Shown here: positions 62,520 through 64,000 of the stretch, piece by piece
How positions within the stretch are numbered: position 1 is the first letter of the stretch
Layout: each line of letters opens with the position of its first letter
Assembly (NCBI GenBank): GCA_964644035.1
Contig: CAZXUH010000001.1
Span: 323,712-387,711 of the forward strand
DNA from: an uncultured Candidatus Saccharibacteria bacterium
Lineage (GTDB): Bacteria > Patescibacteriota > Minisyncoccia > Phycocordibacterales > DAORIS01
Reading direction: 5' to 3'
Length of the DNA: 64,000 nucleotides
Made by a program: the position numbers and the translations under genes
Notes under the pieces: model-generated
What the model was told of the DNA's origin: nothing
What the model saw: the letters and a program-made list of their open reading frames with translations, nothing else
The model's database searches: none

Positions 62520-64000
62520 TTATTTAGCAACTTTGAGAGCTTCTTCGAATCGTATTGAAAGGAGTGTTGAGTAGCCTTCACTCGACATTGTCACACCGTA
62601 GAGCACACCAGCGCGAGACATTGTCTCGCGATTGTGCGTTATAAGAATAAGCTGTGAATGCTTAGCCAGGGAGGTAATCATATCACCATATTTACGAGAA
62701 TTGGCTTCATCGAGCGCTGCATCAGTTTCATCAAGTATGACAAATGGAGGTGGATTGACCTGAGAAACGGCGAAGAGAAGTGCGATCGAAGTCAGTGCTC
62801 TCTCACCTCCCGAAAGCATAACGAGACCTTTGATACGCTTGTGTGGCAATGAAACAAAGGCTTCTATACCTACCTGTTCTTCTTCCTCATCATCTTCATC
62901 GACTACTACATTGGGCATTGAATCATCAGCATCTTCATCATCAGAAGCCTCTTGAGATTTTTTCTTCATCGAGATCACATCGAGTCGAGCCTCTCCTCCG
63001 CCAAACATAGTGCTGAAAAATGCTCCGAAATTGTCATTGATTTTTACAATACCGTCATCGAAACGCTTTTTGAGTTCACTATCAAGCTCAGCAATGAGTT
63101 TTTTGAGAGAATCAGAAGCAACACTGAGATCTTGGATTTCTTTTTTCAAAAATTCATCACGTTCAGTCGTTTCTTTGTGCTCTTTGAGCACTTCCTCTCC
63201 CGTGCCAAGCCCAGCATCCTCTAAACGTATTTTCATGCGCTCTACTGAGCGTTTTCTTTCTTCTTGCTCATTTCGAGCCTCAGCTACAATTGCTTCGTGA
63301 GACAAGGTAGCACCCTGAGTTGATTTTGGTTCATATGTTACGTATTCAGAAATTCGGTGACCGATCAAAGCTCCGGCTTCGCCCAGTTCTCTTTTAAACT
63401 CAGCTTCTATTTCCATGAGCCTTTCTTCTTTGAGCTTTATCTGAGAAAGTTGATTCACAGCATCATTTTGCTTGGCTTTGATCTCATATTGCATTCGTTC
63501 AGCCTCGTGATTGCCACGCCTGTCTTGCTCAATAGCTATACGAAGCGCGTCTATCTGCCCACTGATCTTATGCATATTTTCGATCAGAGTCTTTATTTTT
63601 TCAGCACTAGCTTCCTTCTTTTTATTGAGTTCAGCTAAGTCTTTGTCATGTTCATGTGCATTGGACTTCGCAGCATGTTGATTGAGACTTTCGAAGAAAA
63701 TATGAATTTTTTCCTGCGCCTTTTTAATATGATTCATTGCAGACACAAGATCTTGATGTGATTGTGCTTCTTTGAGCAAATGGCTAATTTCATCGGTCAA
63801 ATCTTTGACTTGAGTATATGAAAGGGTTTGAGGATGACCCGATACAGGTTGTTTTGACTGCATGCGGGCAATAAATGCCAATTCTCCTTCTATACGACCA
63901 AGATCTCTTGAAACTTCATCCTTTTCAGCCTGTAGATCATTGTATTTTCCTTGAAGATTTCTAAGCTCTGCTTGCTTCTCTGGATCCTCAGGAGAGCGTG
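62520..64000 (-). CDS. smc: Chromosome segregation ATPase SMC. C-terminal part only: the gene continues past the window end.
   Basis: Signature LSGGERALTSIALLF, Walker B VILDETDAALD, H-loop ITHN, long coiled coil. Acidic insert DDEDADDSMPNVVVDEDDEEEE. The frame stays open beyond 63881 to 64000. Confidence 0.85.
   Translation of the reverse strand, partial: RSPEDPEKQAELRNLQGKYNDLQAEKDEVSRDLGRIEGELAFIARMQSKQPVSGHPQTLSYTQVKDLTDEISHLLKEAQSHQDLVSAMNHIKKAQEKIHIFFESLNQHAAKSNAHEHDKDLAELNKKKEASAEKIKTLIENMHKISGQIDALRIAIEQDRRGNHEAERMQYEIKAKQNDAVNQLSQIKLKEERLMEIEAEFKRELGEAGALIGHRISEYVTYEPKSTQGATLSHEAIVAEARNEQEERKRSVERMKIRLEDAGLGTGEEVLKEHKETTERDEFLKKEIQDLSVASDSLKKLIAELDSELKKRFDDGIVKINDNFGAFFSTMFGGGEARLDVISMKKKSQEASDDEDADDSMPNVVVDEDDEEEEQVGIEAFVSLPHKRIKGLVMLSGGERALTSIALLFAVSQVNPPPFVILDETDAALDEANSRKYGDMITSLAKHSQLILITHNRETMSRAGVLYGVTMSSEGYSTLLSIRFEEALKVAK

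Noticed and set aside
1-64000. CRISPR arrays and rRNA genes
   Set aside because: No short, regularly spaced direct repeats with unique spacers, and no cas-like genes or rRNA-like conserved stretches, were seen anywhere in the window. The only tandem repeat is the 2 x 126-bp iteron-like array.

Overview
This 64-kb window reads as a low-GC bacterial genome with a reduced, Patescibacteria/CPR-like gene set: short PilB/PilC, small HolB-like and PriA-like proteins, and many leaderless or monocistronic units.

The left third (1-21 kb) is core genome on the minus strand. It holds a partial secreted PQQ-type sugar dehydrogenase, the mraZ-rsmH-ftsL-ftsI block of the division cluster, a Nudix hydrolase and greA. 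It continues with mrdA(PBP2)-mreD-mreC-mreB, proS, rseP, frr, a holB-like gene, a second mreB paralog, an HTH-MurA fusion, a PriA homolog with destroyed ATPase motifs, and def-fmt.

At 21.08 kb a tRNA-Asn(GUU) is directly abutted, and overlapped at its 3' end, by a large serine recombinase gene. To its right lies accessory DNA that looks like an integrated plasmid-like island:
- a winged-helix Rep-like gene and a 2 x 126-bp tandem repeat carrying TAATCCTA iteron-like motifs;
- a convergent type II R-M pair, with an HNH-like endonuclease and a beta-class DPPY methyltransferase with an inserted HTH;
- a LexA/CI-like S24 repressor divergent from a DUF3892 gene;
- a 17-kb run (27.8-44.7 kb) of about 25 small, mostly plus-strand genes, most with a strong AAAGGAG RBS and an intrinsic terminator and many with a near-consensus sigma70 promoter; several terminators merge directly into the next -35.

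Inside that run is an ORF-less promoter-terminator unit of about 257 nt (32428-32720) that I take as a candidate structured RNA.

The island ends with a poly-GlcNAc-like exopolysaccharide locus (43.2-50.0 kb). It comprises a GH26-like hydrolase, an 1182-aa secreted CE4 deacetylase with four CBM-like modules and a split NodB domain, a small membrane protein and a processive GT2 synthase.

The right end returns to core genes: a membrane cytochrome b5-like protein, REC plus histidine kinase, uvrB, tgt, an FKBP, a LOG-family protein, a type IV pilus cluster (pilin, pseudopilins, a beta-propeller tip pilin, pilC, pilB) and a partial smc.

No CRISPR array, rRNA or phage structural genes were seen. 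All calls rest on motif reading of the translations and DNA by eye; no database search could be run.
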